Below, in pieces: positions 18,360 through 28,146 of a stretch of DNA of 64,000 nt. Made by a program: the position numbers and the translations under genes. The notes below the pieces were generated by a model. The model had not been told where the DNA came from. It saw only the letters and a list, made by a program, of their open reading frames with translations, and searched no databases. This DNA comes from Bdellovibrionales bacterium (GTDB lineage Bacteria > Bdellovibrionota > Bdellovibrionia > Bdellovibrionales > UBA1609): NCBI GenBank assembly GCA_965204055.1, contig OZ241967.1, forward strand, positions 834,144-898,143, written 5' to 3'. Position 1 is the stretch's first letter. Every line of letters starts with the position of its first letter.

Positions 18360-19637
18360 TAAGAAAGGAAAAGCTTTTTTTCCTAAAAATTTGGCTTTGG
18401 AGCTTAATTTCTCCTCTATCCTCAACAGGCGATTGTATTTTGCTGTTCTTTCTCCTCTACAAACAGATCCCGCTTTTATTTGCTCCGCTCCCCATGTCAC
18501 TGTTAGATCGGCTATACTGGTGTCTTCAGTTTCTCCACTGCGATGAGATACAGAACGGGTGTAACCCGCTTTGCCTGCCATCTGAATGGCTGAGTAAGTT
18601 TCTGTAATTGTGCCTACTTGGTTTATTTTAGCTAACAGGCCATTTCCAGCCTGGCAATCAATGCCTTTTTTTAAACGAACTATATCAGTGACAAATAAAT
18701 CATCCCCCATGAGTTGGGTGTTTTTTCCCATTTCCTTTGTGAGCTTAACCCATCCGGTCCAATCTTCTTCTGCCAAACCATCTTCTATACTAATAAGAGG
18801 GTAGAGTGTGCGCCAGTCTTTGTAGATGTTAATTAGTTCTTCTGCTGTTAGAAAATCTTTTTCCCATTTATATCCTTTTTCTGGGTGGTAAAATTCCGAG
18901 GCCGCTATGTCTAAAGCCAAGGCTATTTGCTTTTCAGGTGCGTATCCTGCTTTTTCAATAGCTTGCAGTAAAAGCTTAAGGGCGACTTCATTATTAGAAA
19001 GAAGGGGAGCAAACCCTCCTTCATCTCCTACGGTAATACTTAAGTTTTGTTGTTTTAAAATTTGTCGAAGACAATAAAAAACTTCTGCTCCAGCGCGTAA
19101 AGCCTCTTTTAGAGAACTAAAACCATAAGGAACTATCATAAACTCCTGAACAGATAAACCATTGTGGGCGTGTACTCCTCCGTTTAAAATATTAATAAGA
19201 GGGACGGGCAAGGTATAGTTTTTATTAGGTATATTTTCAAAAGATTCAAACAGATCTTGATCTTGGTTCAAGGCACGCGCTTTAGAATAGGCTAAAGAGA
19301 TCGCCAATAAAGTGTTAGCTCCTAAACGGGACTTATTTTGGGAGCCGTCTAATTTTTTTAATAAAGAGTCTACTTCATATTGATTTTTCAAACTGTATTT
19401 TTTTAACTCTTTAGATAGGGTATTTATGTGGGATAGGGCTGTTAATAGTCCTTTTCCGTGAAATCGTTTAAGATCTTGATCTCTTAATTCCAGGGCTTCG
19501 TGTGTGCCTGTGGAGGCACCAGAGGGAACGCTGGCCCGCGCTGTAATGGCATTATTTAAAGTTAACTCCACTTCCAGGGCTGGCAATCCTCGGCTGTCTA
19601 AAATTTCCCTGCCGTAAATATGAGAAATAACTGACAT
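18351..19637 (-). CDS. eno: enolase
   Basis: 428 aa with SRGLPALEVE, SHRSGETED and IKAGSVCRGERTAKYN motifs. Confidence 0.95.
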   Translation of the reverse strand: MSVISHIYGREILDSRGLPALEVELTLNNAITARASVPSGASTGTHEALELRDQDLKRFHGKGLLTALSHINTLSKELKKYSLKNQYEVDSLLKKLDGSQNKSRLGANTLLAISLAYSKARALNQDQDLFESFENIPNKNYTLPVPLINILNGGVHAHNGLSVQEFMIVPYGFSSLKEALRAGAEVFYCLRQILKQQNLSITVGDEGGFAPLLSNNEVALKLLLQAIEKAGYAPEKQIALALDIAASEFYHPEKGYKWEKDFLTAEELINIYKDWRTLYPLISIEDGLAEEDWTGWVKLTKEMGKNTQLMGDDLFVTDIVRLKKGIDCQAGNGLLAKINQVGTITETYSAIQMAGKAGYTRSVSHRSGETEDTSIADLTVTWGAEQIKAGSVCRGERTAKYNRLLRIEEKLSSKAKFLGKKAFPFLSN

Positions 19638-19725
19638 TATGATTCCCTTTTTTGTATTTAATTAGGGTGACATGTTCTATGTAATGGTATATTATTAAGA
19701 TAAAGTCAAGGTTTGTTGCAGAGGC

Positions 19726-19848
19726 TAACTAATCATCCGTGAATAATATATTTTCTGAAAAAAATCAGTGGTATATTCCTGCCTTTTAAGGAGATGTATA
19801 AAGTAGTTTCCTTAATTAAATACACTTTTTCACGGGTAATTAACTAAT
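19726..19848. mobile_element. MITE copy (CGTGA-type terminal inverted repeats)
   Basis: Left end TAACTAATCATCCGTGAATAA and right end TTTTCACGGGTAATTAACTAA are inverted repeats (~16/21 match). ~123 bp with no ORF. Same TIR type as the copies at 37899, 48987 and 57028. Confidence 0.5.
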
Positions 19849-19872
19849 AGGGATATAAGAAAGGTATAAGTT

Positions 19873-20142
19873 ATGATGATTGTGGGAGTTAAAATTTTAC
19901 CTAAGAAAGAAGTGTTGGATGTGCAAGGTCGCGCTATAGCAGACACTTTAAAACGGCAAGGTTATGCTATTGAAGATTGTCAGTATGGGAAGGTTATCAG
20001 ATTAAAAATTCAGACGAATGATCAAAAAACGGCTTTAGATCAGGCAAAAAAAATAGCAGAGTCAGTATTATGCAGTGCTCTTGTAGAAACCTACCAATTA
20101 GAAGTTTTATCCCACACACTCGATGATGATACGAGTCTATAA
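19873..20142 (+). CDS. purS: phosphoribosylformylglycinamidine synthase subunit PurS
   Basis: 89 aa; KILPKKEVLDVQGRAIADTLKRQGY is typical of PurS. Lies upstream of purQ. Confidence 0.85.
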   Translation: MMIVGVKILPKKEVLDVQGRAIADTLKRQGYAIEDCQYGKVIRLKIQTNDQKTALDQAKKIAESVLCSALVETYQLEVLSHTLDDDTSL

Positions 20143-20267
20143 AAAACCTGTCCTCGTGGAGGTGGGGATATATTATTTCTCTGGGTTGCCGTTTTTCAAG
20201 GGGCAGGAAGGCAACACAACACAGTTTTTTTTTACAGAGGATTAATTAAGAGAGAAAGTCAGGAATA

Positions 20268-20942
20268 ATGAAAATGAACTATAGTAAAATAAGAAAGAAG
20301 CCCATTGGGGTGCTGGTTTTTCCAGGTACTCAATGTGATCAAGATGTTATCCAAGCCCTAAAAGGTTTAAACTATCCTGTCCGCAAAATGTGGTATACAG
20401 AATTTTTTGCTCCAAAGGATTATTCTGCTTTTATTTTGCCTGGGGGGTTTTCCTACGGGGATTATTTGCGCGCGGGAGCTTTAGCAGGACATTCTCCAGC
20501 TATGAGAGATATCCATAAGGCGGCTAAACAGGGTTGGCCTATCTTAGGGATATGTAATGGCTTTCAAATTTTATGTGAAGCGGGTCTTTTAGAGGGAGTG
20601 TTAAGAATCAATAAAAGCCTTCGGTTTATTGATGATTGGGTAGAACTTGAGCTTTGTCATTCTTGTCGAGTGTGGGGAGGAGATGAAATGGCTAAAGTGG
20701 TTTGCATCCCTATTGCTCATAAGGAAGGTTCTTTTTACATAGATTCAGATGGGGTAAAAAAGCTGGAGGATAGGGGACAAATTTGGTGGAGATATAGAAA
20801 TAACCCCAATGGTTCTGTGGGAAATATAGCAGGTATAATGAATGAAAAGAAAAATGTGGCGGGTTTGATGCCTCACCCGGAAAGGGCTATGGCAGAATGG
20901 ATGGGAAGCTCTGATGGGGCTCTTTTCTTTAATTTTTTATAG
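20268..20942 (+). CDS. purQ: phosphoribosylformylglycinamidine synthase glutaminase subunit PurQ
   Basis: Class I glutamine amidotransferase with nucleophile context GICNGFQIL and the MPHPER motif. Confidence 0.9.
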   Translation: MKMNYSKIRKKPIGVLVFPGTQCDQDVIQALKGLNYPVRKMWYTEFFAPKDYSAFILPGGFSYGDYLRAGALAGHSPAMRDIHKAAKQGWPILGICNGFQILCEAGLLEGVLRINKSLRFIDDWVELELCHSCRVWGGDEMAKVVCIPIAHKEGSFYIDSDGVKKLEDRGQIWWRYRNNPNGSVGNIAGIMNEKKNVAGLMPHPERAMAEWMGSSDGALFFNFL

Positions 20943-20959
20943 TCAATCAGGGTGATGGA

Positions 20960-21292
20960 TTAGTGTGTTGAACCTAAAATTTTTTTTTGATATTCATGGT
21001 AAGAAATACGATCTTGATCCTGCCCCACTATACCTATGACTGGGCGATTAAACTGTTGTAATTCTTTTTGAGCTTTTTCATATTCACTGGCTCCAAGGCG
21101 ACTGTGGTTTAAGTATTGGAAAGTCGTTTTAGTGACTAACTTTTGATCACTAACTGATAAATGAGTGTATAGACCATCTTCCGCACCCTGGGGGTTAATA
21201 GTGCCTTTTGTGCCCTGAAAGTTAAAGTTAGAGTATAGGGAAGGGGTAATGACAAAAATAAAAAAACAAAAAATAATTTTATATAGTTTCAT
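20960..21292 (-). CDS. hypothetical small secreted protein
   Basis: Signal peptide MKLYKIIFCFFIFVITPSLYS. No recognisable domain. Confidence 0.5.
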   Translation of the reverse strand: MKLYKIIFCFFIFVITPSLYSNFNFQGTKGTINPQGAEDGLYTHLSVSDQKLVTKTTFQYLNHSRLGASEYEKAQKELQQFNRPVIGIVGQDQDRISYHEYQKKILGSTH

Positions 21293-21792
21293 AATATACT
21301 GTTTTCCTAATCTAAAACTGCCGTTTTAGAAATGGGGGTTAAAACATTAGGATAGAGGATAAAATAATTTTTTTTATTGTTCGTCAATGGATTAATTTTT
21401 TTATTTTTAGAGTTGATTTTTTGGAATAATATTGAAACATCGCGTCAAAAAATTTTAAGTGAGATATTTTAAACTTACATTGAAGTTATGAATACAATTA
21501 AATAATTTTAACAAACGGGTTTTAAAAAAGAGGCACTTTTAGAGACTTTTCCTACTGAGGACCCATTATTTAATGGTTATGTGGCTTTATTTATGATATG
21601 TTTAAAATTTGTAATCCATAATTTTGACACTTTTAAAATCATTTTCTTAACTTATATTACATCTGTTTAAAGTTTGTAGCTCACAATTTAGACAGTATAT
21701 AAACAAAGCAAGAATTATTAGTTATTTGCTTTTATTTTAAAAATGGTTTTTAAGGGCAATGTATCTTAAATAAGTTTGGTAAGGGGGGCACT

Positions 21793-23097
21793 TTGAGAAT
21801 ATTAGATCCAGTGCATAAGTATATTGTTTTTTCTGAGCAGGAACGTCCTCTTGTGGATTCTATAATTTTTCAGCGACTTCGCTATATTCGACAGTTAGGG
21901 TTTGCGGAGTTGGCTTTTCCTGGAGCAGTTCATAATCGTTTTTTGCATTCTTTAGGGGTTTGTCATTTGGCAGGTAAAGCTTTTGACTCCCTTTTGCTTT
22001 TAGATAATTTTTTAACCCCCTCTAAAAAAAAAGATTTTCGAAAGCTTGTTAGACTGTCCGCTCTTTTGCATGACATAGGTCACGGACCTTTATCTCATAT
22101 TTCTGAAACAGCTATGCCTTTGTTGTCAGATTTGTCTCTTCCTTTCTGTAATATAGACAAAAAAGATGATAATAAAAAAAAAGCCACCCATGAGCACTAT
22201 ACAATTAAACTCATTTTGGAATCAGAAATCAAAAGCCTTATTTCTGCTATGGATGTGTCTGCCCAATGTGTAGCGCATTTGATTGACGATCGGGTGCCTT
22301 TTTCTGATACGGATTTTTTTATTTCTGCAGGGGTAAATTTTAAACCTTTGTTAAAACAAATTATCAGTTCTGATTTGGATATGGATCGTGTTGACTACAC
22401 TCGAAGGGATGCTTTTTTCTGTGGAGCAGATTATGGGTTTTGTGATCATGAATGGATACTGAATAATTTGCGTGTTCATATCCAAGAGGGGCAGGCTTTC
22501 TTAGGTATTGGACAAAAGGCGGTATACAGTGTGGAAAGCTTTTTTCTGGGTAGGAGGCATTTAGGGTTGGCTATTTACTTTCATAATAAAATGGTGGCAA
22601 TGGATGAGATGCTTTATCATTATTTTGTTAGTCCTAACTGTAATTTTCATATTCCGGCTGATTTAGATGGTTATCTCAAATGTACAGACACTTCCCTTTT
22701 TGAAAACTTAAGGGAAGCGTCTTCTAAAAATGAATGGGCACGTCGAATCACCGAAAAAAAACCTTATGAAAAACTATATGAAATTCAATACACCTTAATT
22801 GAGAAAGAAAAAAAACTGGACCACTTGCAAAAAGTAAAACAATTATTGAAAAAACAAGGTATTTCTTTTATCCATACTAATTCTTTAAATCATGTTAAAA
22901 GATTTTATTTTCAGGATACGGACCAACATTTACCTTTATATATTGTGGATGAGTCCACAGGGAAAGCTGTAACTTTGAGGGCAAGAATGAAAATGTTTAA
23001 TCAAAAGGAGTTTATGCTTTTGATGGATCGGATATATGTTTCTCCTGAGAATAAACAAGAGGTCAGTAATTTGCTAAAATTGTGTAATAATGAGTGA
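21793..23097 (+). CDS. HD-domain phosphohydrolase (dNTP triphosphohydrolase-like)
   Basis: HNRFLHSLGV...LLHDIGHGPLSH...DLDMDRVDY is the HD metal-binding pattern of the dGTPase/SAMHD1-like group. TTG start. Confidence 0.75.
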   Translation: MRILDPVHKYIVFSEQERPLVDSIIFQRLRYIRQLGFAELAFPGAVHNRFLHSLGVCHLAGKAFDSLLLLDNFLTPSKKKDFRKLVRLSALLHDIGHGPLSHISETAMPLLSDLSLPFCNIDKKDDNKKKATHEHYTIKLILESEIKSLISAMDVSAQCVAHLIDDRVPFSDTDFFISAGVNFKPLLKQIISSDLDMDRVDYTRRDAFFCGADYGFCDHEWILNNLRVHIQEGQAFLGIGQKAVYSVESFFLGRRHLGLAIYFHNKMVAMDEMLYHYFVSPNCNFHIPADLDGYLKCTDTSLFENLREASSKNEWARRITEKKPYEKLYEIQYTLIEKEKKLDHLQKVKQLLKKQGISFIHTNSLNHVKRFYFQDTDQHLPLYIVDESTGKAVTLRARMKMFNQKEFMLLMDRIYVSPENKQEVSNLLKLCNNE

Positions 23098-23134
23098 GAA
23101 AGGAAGTATAATAGTCAAAGAGAGGGGATATGAT

Positions 23135-24976
23135 ATGTGTGGTATTATGGGGTATATGGGTTTTCGTGATTCAAAAGAGGTTTTGCTGAACGGGCTGGAA
23201 AAAATTCAGTATCGCGGTTACGACAGCATGGGGTTAGTGGTGGCCACAAAAAACGGATTTAAAAGAATTCGATCTGTGGGTGATATTAAACAACTTAGAA
23301 AAAAAGTAGTTAGTACAGGTGATATTTCCCATTCCTCTTACGGGCTGGCTCACAGTCGATGGGCCACGCATGGCGCGCCTTCTGAAGCCAATGCGCACCC
23401 TCATAAGGCAGAACATATTTATATTGTTCATAACGGGATTATCGAAAATGCCCAAGAATTAAAAAAAACTCTTCCTTATTTTTTTTCCTCTGAAACGGAT
23501 TCGGAGGTAATAGCTTATAGTTTGTTGGATCTTTATAAAAAAACAGGTTCTCTAAAAGAGGCTTTGTTTGATACCTTCTCCAAGATAAAAGGTGAGTATG
23601 CTTGCGCAGTTATGTCTGAAAAACATCCTAAAGAATTTTTTGCTTTTAAAAAAGGACCTTCTTTGTTGATAGGGGTAGGGGAAAGGGAAATATTTTTATG
23701 TAGTGATGCTCAAGGAATCCTGCCTTATACGAATAAAATATTTTTTTTAAAAGACGGAGAAGTAGCACACATTAAAGATGGAAAAGAGCTTTCTTTTTAC
23801 TCTTCTGAAAACTCTGAAAAAAAAATTAAAAAAAATATCACAACATTAAAATCTCAGGAGGATCGGACAGATAAGCAAGGCCACCCTCATTATATGCTGA
23901 AAGAAATTTATGAGCAACCAGGTTGCGTTTCTCGACTAATTCAGCAGAATATTAACAATAAAAATCACTTGGTAAAGATAAACGAAGGTGGAAAATATAA
24001 CCTTTTAGATCAAATTGTTCAAGAGGGAAGGCTTAGCATTGTGGCCTGTGGTAGTAGCTATTACTCAGCTCTTTATGGAAAATACACCATCGAACAACTT
24101 AGTCGTATTGCAGTGGAAGTGGATATGGCCAGTGAGTTTCGTTATCGAGCCCCTGTGTTACCGGATCGTACTCCCATTATGTTGATTTCTCAAAGTGGAG
24201 AGACCGCAGACACCCTGGCTGTTTTGAAAATGGCAAAGGAGCTAAACTGGCCTGTTTTAAGCTTGTGCAATGTGGAGCACTCTTCTTTAGATAGAGGTTC
24301 TACTACCCAACTTTATATGTGTTCAGGGGTGGAAAAAGGAGTAGCCAGTACTAAGGCTTTTGTGTCAACTTTAACAATGTTGTTTTTGTTGGCCCTGTTT
24401 TTAGGGAGACAAAACAAATATATTAATTCCTCTACAGAAAAAAAATATATTCAATCTTTACTCACTCTTCCCTCTCTTATGGAGGAGGTTTTATCTTGTG
24501 AGCGGGAATACACAGCTTTAGCTCATTTGGCAAAGCCACTTAAAAGTTTTATTTACTTAGGTAGAAATATCTATTACCCCCTGGCTTTAGAGGGGGCTTT
24601 AAAAATGAAAGAGTTAACTTACAAGCACGGGTCGGCTTATCCGGCGGGGGAAATGAAACATGGGCCCTTAGCTTTAGTGGATAAGGATATGTTAGTGGTA
24701 GGAATTGCACCTAAGTCTTCTGTTCGTCAAAAAACGCTGACCAACTTAGAGGAGGTGCGCTCGCGAGGGGGGAAGTTGATTGTGCTTGGGACTCAAGGGG
24801 ATAAGGAGGTAAAAGGGCTTGCCAAACATTTTTTATCTGTTCCTGCTTGCAATGAATATCTATCCGCCATTTTATGCGCTTTACCTCTTCAGTTAATGGC
24901 TTATCGGACGGCTTGTACTCTTGGGCACAATGTGGATCAGCCCAGAAATTTGGCCAAATCTGTTACTGTGGAATAA
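23135..24976 (+). CDS. glmS: glutamine--fructose-6-phosphate aminotransferase
   Basis: The start was chosen at MCGIMGY, because the Ntn amidotransferase needs Cys2; an SD AGAGGGGA lies upstream. Two SIS domains (SQSGETADT). C-terminal KSVTVE. The ORF is open from 23090. Confidence 0.95.
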   Translation: MCGIMGYMGFRDSKEVLLNGLEKIQYRGYDSMGLVVATKNGFKRIRSVGDIKQLRKKVVSTGDISHSSYGLAHSRWATHGAPSEANAHPHKAEHIYIVHNGIIENAQELKKTLPYFFSSETDSEVIAYSLLDLYKKTGSLKEALFDTFSKIKGEYACAVMSEKHPKEFFAFKKGPSLLIGVGEREIFLCSDAQGILPYTNKIFFLKDGEVAHIKDGKELSFYSSENSEKKIKKNITTLKSQEDRTDKQGHPHYMLKEIYEQPGCVSRLIQQNINNKNHLVKINEGGKYNLLDQIVQEGRLSIVACGSSYYSALYGKYTIEQLSRIAVEVDMASEFRYRAPVLPDRTPIMLISQSGETADTLAVLKMAKELNWPVLSLCNVEHSSLDRGSTTQLYMCSGVEKGVASTKAFVSTLTMLFLLALFLGRQNKYINSSTEKKYIQSLLTLPSLMEEVLSCEREYTALAHLAKPLKSFIYLGRNIYYPLALEGALKMKELTYKHGSAYPAGEMKHGPLALVDKDMLVVGIAPKSSVRQKTLTNLEEVRSRGGKLIVLGTQGDKEVKGLAKHFLSVPACNEYLSAILCALPLQLMAYRTACTLGHNVDQPRNLAKSVTVE

Positions 24977-25037
24977 CCTTGTTACTGTGGAATAACCTTG
25001 TTACTGTGGAATAACCTTGTTACTGTGGAATAACCTT
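24962..25037 (+). repeat. 19-bp exact tandem repeat x4 containing the glmS stop codon
   Basis: GTTACTGTGGAATAACCTT occurs at 24962, 24981, 25000 and 25019. Copy 1 encodes the last glmS codons (VTVE) plus the TAA stop. Confidence 0.95.
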
Positions 25038-25040
25038 GGT

Positions 25041-26021
25041 ATGAAAAAAATAGATTTTTTATTAATTATTGGAATTTTGATCTTGTGTTTCGGATATTAT
25101 TTGTGGCAGGAGCAAAGTCATCCAGATCAGCAAAAACAACAAGGGCAAAAAATGTTCCGAAGACACCAGAAAGACATAAAACCTTGGAAAAAAAATGTGC
25201 CAGTTCGTTCTGAACGCCTTGAACAAGAAATAACAGATCCTTATGAAAAGGCCCTTCAAATTTATTTATCAATAAATGAGGGGATAAAAATATCTGCTAA
25301 CCAATATGAAATGAAACAGCGCAAATATTCAGAAGACTTAACACAGGCAAAAGAATCTCTTGCACAATACCTGGAGGTCACTAAAAAGAGTTCTGTAGAA
25401 GGAGAGGTTGTTAAGGAAATGGTGCGAAAAAATTATGAAGTGGCTTTTAAGGAACTTTATATCATAGTTCAAAGTTCTGCAATGGGTATGCAGTCTATTA
25501 GTGGAGTGGGTGAAAAACTTAAAAAATCTGTTGAGTTTTATAAAAAGTCAGGTCGTCCCTGGAGAAAAGGTTCAGAGGTTTTTTTTATTAAATCTGTAAG
25601 CGATCATTTATACCATAGAGAAAAAATGAAAGAAATTTTTCAGAATATGGAAAACTCATTGAATGAATATGGTGAATCTATACAGAAACTAATTTCACTT
25701 TCTTCTTCCTCAGTAGATTTGTCTAAAGAGCTTAAAGGGTATTACAGATTAAAAGAAACAGACCCTGATAAAGCTAAAAAACTTTTTAAAGAAAATAAGG
25801 GTAAACTGGTTATAAAACAAAAAGATATTAAAGAGTCGATGACTGCTCTGGAAAAAACAGTGGAGCTTAAAATAGATGAATTTACAAAAATGGTTCCTGA
25901 TTTTATTTATCATATGGAATTGTCTTTAAGGGCACTTGAAAAAGTAAGTAAATATTCCCCAATACAGAGAGGGCTTTCTAATTCCATAAAACATCTTTCT
26001 ACTGCAATATTAAAACAGTAG
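25041..26021 (+). CDS. hypothetical membrane-anchored coiled-coil protein
   Basis: ATG at 25041 gives MKKIDFLLIIGILILCFGYYLW (N-terminal TM helix), followed by a K/E-rich helical region. The track ORF start at 25017 lies inside the 19-bp repeat. Confidence 0.55.
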   Translation: MKKIDFLLIIGILILCFGYYLWQEQSHPDQQKQQGQKMFRRHQKDIKPWKKNVPVRSERLEQEITDPYEKALQIYLSINEGIKISANQYEMKQRKYSEDLTQAKESLAQYLEVTKKSSVEGEVVKEMVRKNYEVAFKELYIIVQSSAMGMQSISGVGEKLKKSVEFYKKSGRPWRKGSEVFFIKSVSDHLYHREKMKEIFQNMENSLNEYGESIQKLISLSSSSVDLSKELKGYYRLKETDPDKAKKLFKENKGKLVIKQKDIKESMTALEKTVELKIDEFTKMVPDFIYHMELSLRALEKVSKYSPIQRGLSNSIKHLSTAILKQ

Positions 26022-26032
26022 CTTTACTTCTT

Positions 26033-26069
26033 CCCGCGGTGTCACTAAACAATAATAACACACGCGGGG
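26033..26069. terminator. possible bidirectional terminator hairpin between convergent genes
   Basis: CCCGCGGTGT ... ACACGCGGGG is an imperfect inverted repeat with a ~17-nt loop. No clear T-run. Confidence 0.35.
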
Positions 26070-26085
26070 GCAATAAATAACCCAA

Positions 26086-26553
26086 TTAACGACAGAGTTT
26101 AAACTTAAGTTGCATTTTAGTGATAAGCTGTATGGCCATTTTTTCGTGAATTTTACACATTTTCAGCTCATCTTTGCGATGAGTTTTTTGGCTGGTAGTC
26201 AAAGAACTGGTTTCTAACTCCATTTCATAATCTAATTTATTAGATCGGATAGCTTCTAACTCTTTAGCCTGTTGCTTGAACAGCTTGTTTACTTTATGCA
26301 CAGGGGCCACATCTAACCAGTCCTTTTTAGCTTTATACCATATCAGCTTTTTTTTAAACCGAGCTTTATTTTTAGCCAGGACAAACGAAGGGTATTGAGA
26401 CTCATCCACATCCAAGATGTTTTTGATTTTGTCTAAATTGGCAATATCTTCATCTTCCATAATAGAAGAAAACGCACTTACGGGCGGTTGGGTTGTATTG
26501 GCCTGAGGTGATTGATTGGTTTGCGATAACGCAGAATTTACGGGAACACTCAC
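26086..26553 (-). CDS. hypothetical protein
   Basis: GTG start preceded by GGAGGA at good spacing. Q/T/P-rich N-terminus and K-rich helical C-terminus. No recognisable motif. Confidence 0.5.
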   Translation of the reverse strand: MSVPVNSALSQTNQSPQANTTQPPVSAFSSIMEDEDIANLDKIKNILDVDESQYPSFVLAKNKARFKKKLIWYKAKKDWLDVAPVHKVNKLFKQQAKELEAIRSNKLDYEMELETSSLTTSQKTHRKDELKMCKIHEKMAIQLITKMQLKFKLCR

Positions 26554-26814
26554 TTTGATCCTCCTTATTTTATTTTATGTTGTAACTGATTTTATATTTA
26601 TATAAGAACACGCCTTCTAACACTCATTGACGAGATTAAATCTAACAAATATTTTTCTTTTTGTCAAATTATGCATAAAAACCGTTTTTTTGAGGATAAT
26701 TCAAAGAATAACGCACCGCAAAAAAGTGAATATTGGCGTAAAAGAGCTTTTTTATTGAGAATTAGCCTCTATTTTTTATTTGTGCTCTGCTTTTTTTGAA
26801 GATAGTATCAGCTC

Positions 26815-28137
26815 ATGTCTGCTAAAACCTCCTCCAGTGTTTTATCCAGCTGGGGAATTTTTGCTGGTCTCATAGTGGGGACCCTGATTGGTTTTCTATT
26901 CCACGAATGGGGAGCAAACCCTGTTCGGGACTGGCTCTTGGTAAATCTTGTTGCTCCCTTAGGGGATGTGTTTCTTTTTTCTCTTAAAATGATTATTGTT
27001 CCCCTGGTAGCGGGTTCTCTCTTGGTGGGTGTGGTGAACTTAGGAACAGGAAAATTGCTAAAAACCCTGGGTTGGAAAGTTATTTTGTTCTATATGACCA
27101 CTACTTTTTGTGCCATTTTGGTTGGGCAATCCATGATTAACACTTTTAAACCCGGAGTGGGGTTTTCTGAGGAAGTAGCAGAACAGCTGGTTGAGTCTGA
27201 AAAAGACAAGGTGGAAACCTATAAAGAAAAAAGTTCATGGGTGGGTAAATCGCTTTGGCCAGGCATTGTGAGTAAAATTATCCCACAAAATATTCTGCGG
27301 GAATATGCTAATACTAATATGCTGGCTATTATCTTTGTATCCATTTTATTTGGAATGGCCTTGTTGGGAATGCAAACAGGCCCTCCTAAAGAGGCTTTTG
27401 TGGGCTTTTTTTCTGCTTTAGCGGATATTTCTGTCAAAGTGGTGGGATGGATCATGAAAATAGCTCCTTATGCCGTGGCCGCCCTCATGATTAAAGTGGT
27501 TGCTAATTTTGGCATAGAGGTCATGTTTAAAGTAATCAAATATGTTTTAGTGGTTGCAGGTGCTCTTCTATTGCAGTTTTTTGTTGTATATGGCTGTATT
27601 CTTAAGTTTTTGCTGAAAATTTCTCCCTTTCAATTTTATAAAAAAGCTATGCCTATTTTTCTAACGGCTTTCAGCACCAGTTCTTCTGCCGCTACCATGC
27701 CCGTCACCATACGTACTTTAGAAAAATCATTTGGAGTTCCAGACAGTATTACCACTTTTAGTGTCCCCATTGGTGTTACAGTCAATATGGACGGCACAGC
27801 CATGTTTGAGGTTGTGGCGGCTCTTTTTATAGCCCAGGTGTTTGGAGTAGATCTTTCCCTTATGGAACACTTTACGCTTATTTTTTTGGTTTTAATCACT
27901 TCTATTGGAGTAGCTGGGGTGCCCGGAGGTTCAATTCCCATTTTAGTAGCCGCTATGGTGTCTATGGGTATACCGGCAGAAGGCATAGCCTTGATTATAG
28001 GTGTGGATCGCCTCTTGGATATGTGTAGAACTGTTACCAATGTTACTGGGGACTCTGTAGCCGCTTTATTCCTGGCCCGCTCAGAAAAAGTCCAGCTTAA
28101 CTTGGACTCCTCTTTTCATTCTAACCATTCCGTATAA
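26815..28137 (+). CDS. dicarboxylate/amino acid:cation symporter (GltP/DctA, SLC1-like)
   Basis: Polytopic membrane protein with FSTSSSAATMP, NMDGTA and VDRLLDMCRTVTNVTGD motifs. Confidence 0.9.
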   Translation: MSAKTSSSVLSSWGIFAGLIVGTLIGFLFHEWGANPVRDWLLVNLVAPLGDVFLFSLKMIIVPLVAGSLLVGVVNLGTGKLLKTLGWKVILFYMTTTFCAILVGQSMINTFKPGVGFSEEVAEQLVESEKDKVETYKEKSSWVGKSLWPGIVSKIIPQNILREYANTNMLAIIFVSILFGMALLGMQTGPPKEAFVGFFSALADISVKVVGWIMKIAPYAVAALMIKVVANFGIEVMFKVIKYVLVVAGALLLQFFVVYGCILKFLLKISPFQFYKKAMPIFLTAFSTSSSAATMPVTIRTLEKSFGVPDSITTFSVPIGVTVNMDGTAMFEVVAALFIAQVFGVDLSLMEHFTLIFLVLITSIGVAGVPGGSIPILVAAMVSMGIPAEGIALIIGVDRLLDMCRTVTNVTGDSVAALFLARSEKVQLNLDSSFHSNHSV

Positions 28138-28146
28138 TATATATAT

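Noticed and set aside
19638-19872. Purine riboswitch upstream of purS.
   Set aside because: The leader is largely occupied by a MITE copy. There is no three-way-junction purine-aptamer consensus (the UAUA...CCGUAAAU-type loops) that I can recognise.
20143-20267. Structured element between purS and purQ (GTTGCC...GGCAAC stem, T9 run at ~20226).
   Set aside because: The stem is short with a long loop, and the T-run is not adjacent to it. I cannot distinguish it from chance, and no known regulatory motif is recognised.
23090-23134. glmS ribozyme upstream of glmS.
   Set aside because: The region upstream of the MCGIMGY start is coding sequence of the HD-domain gene (stop at 23097). No room or conserved ribozyme core is visible.
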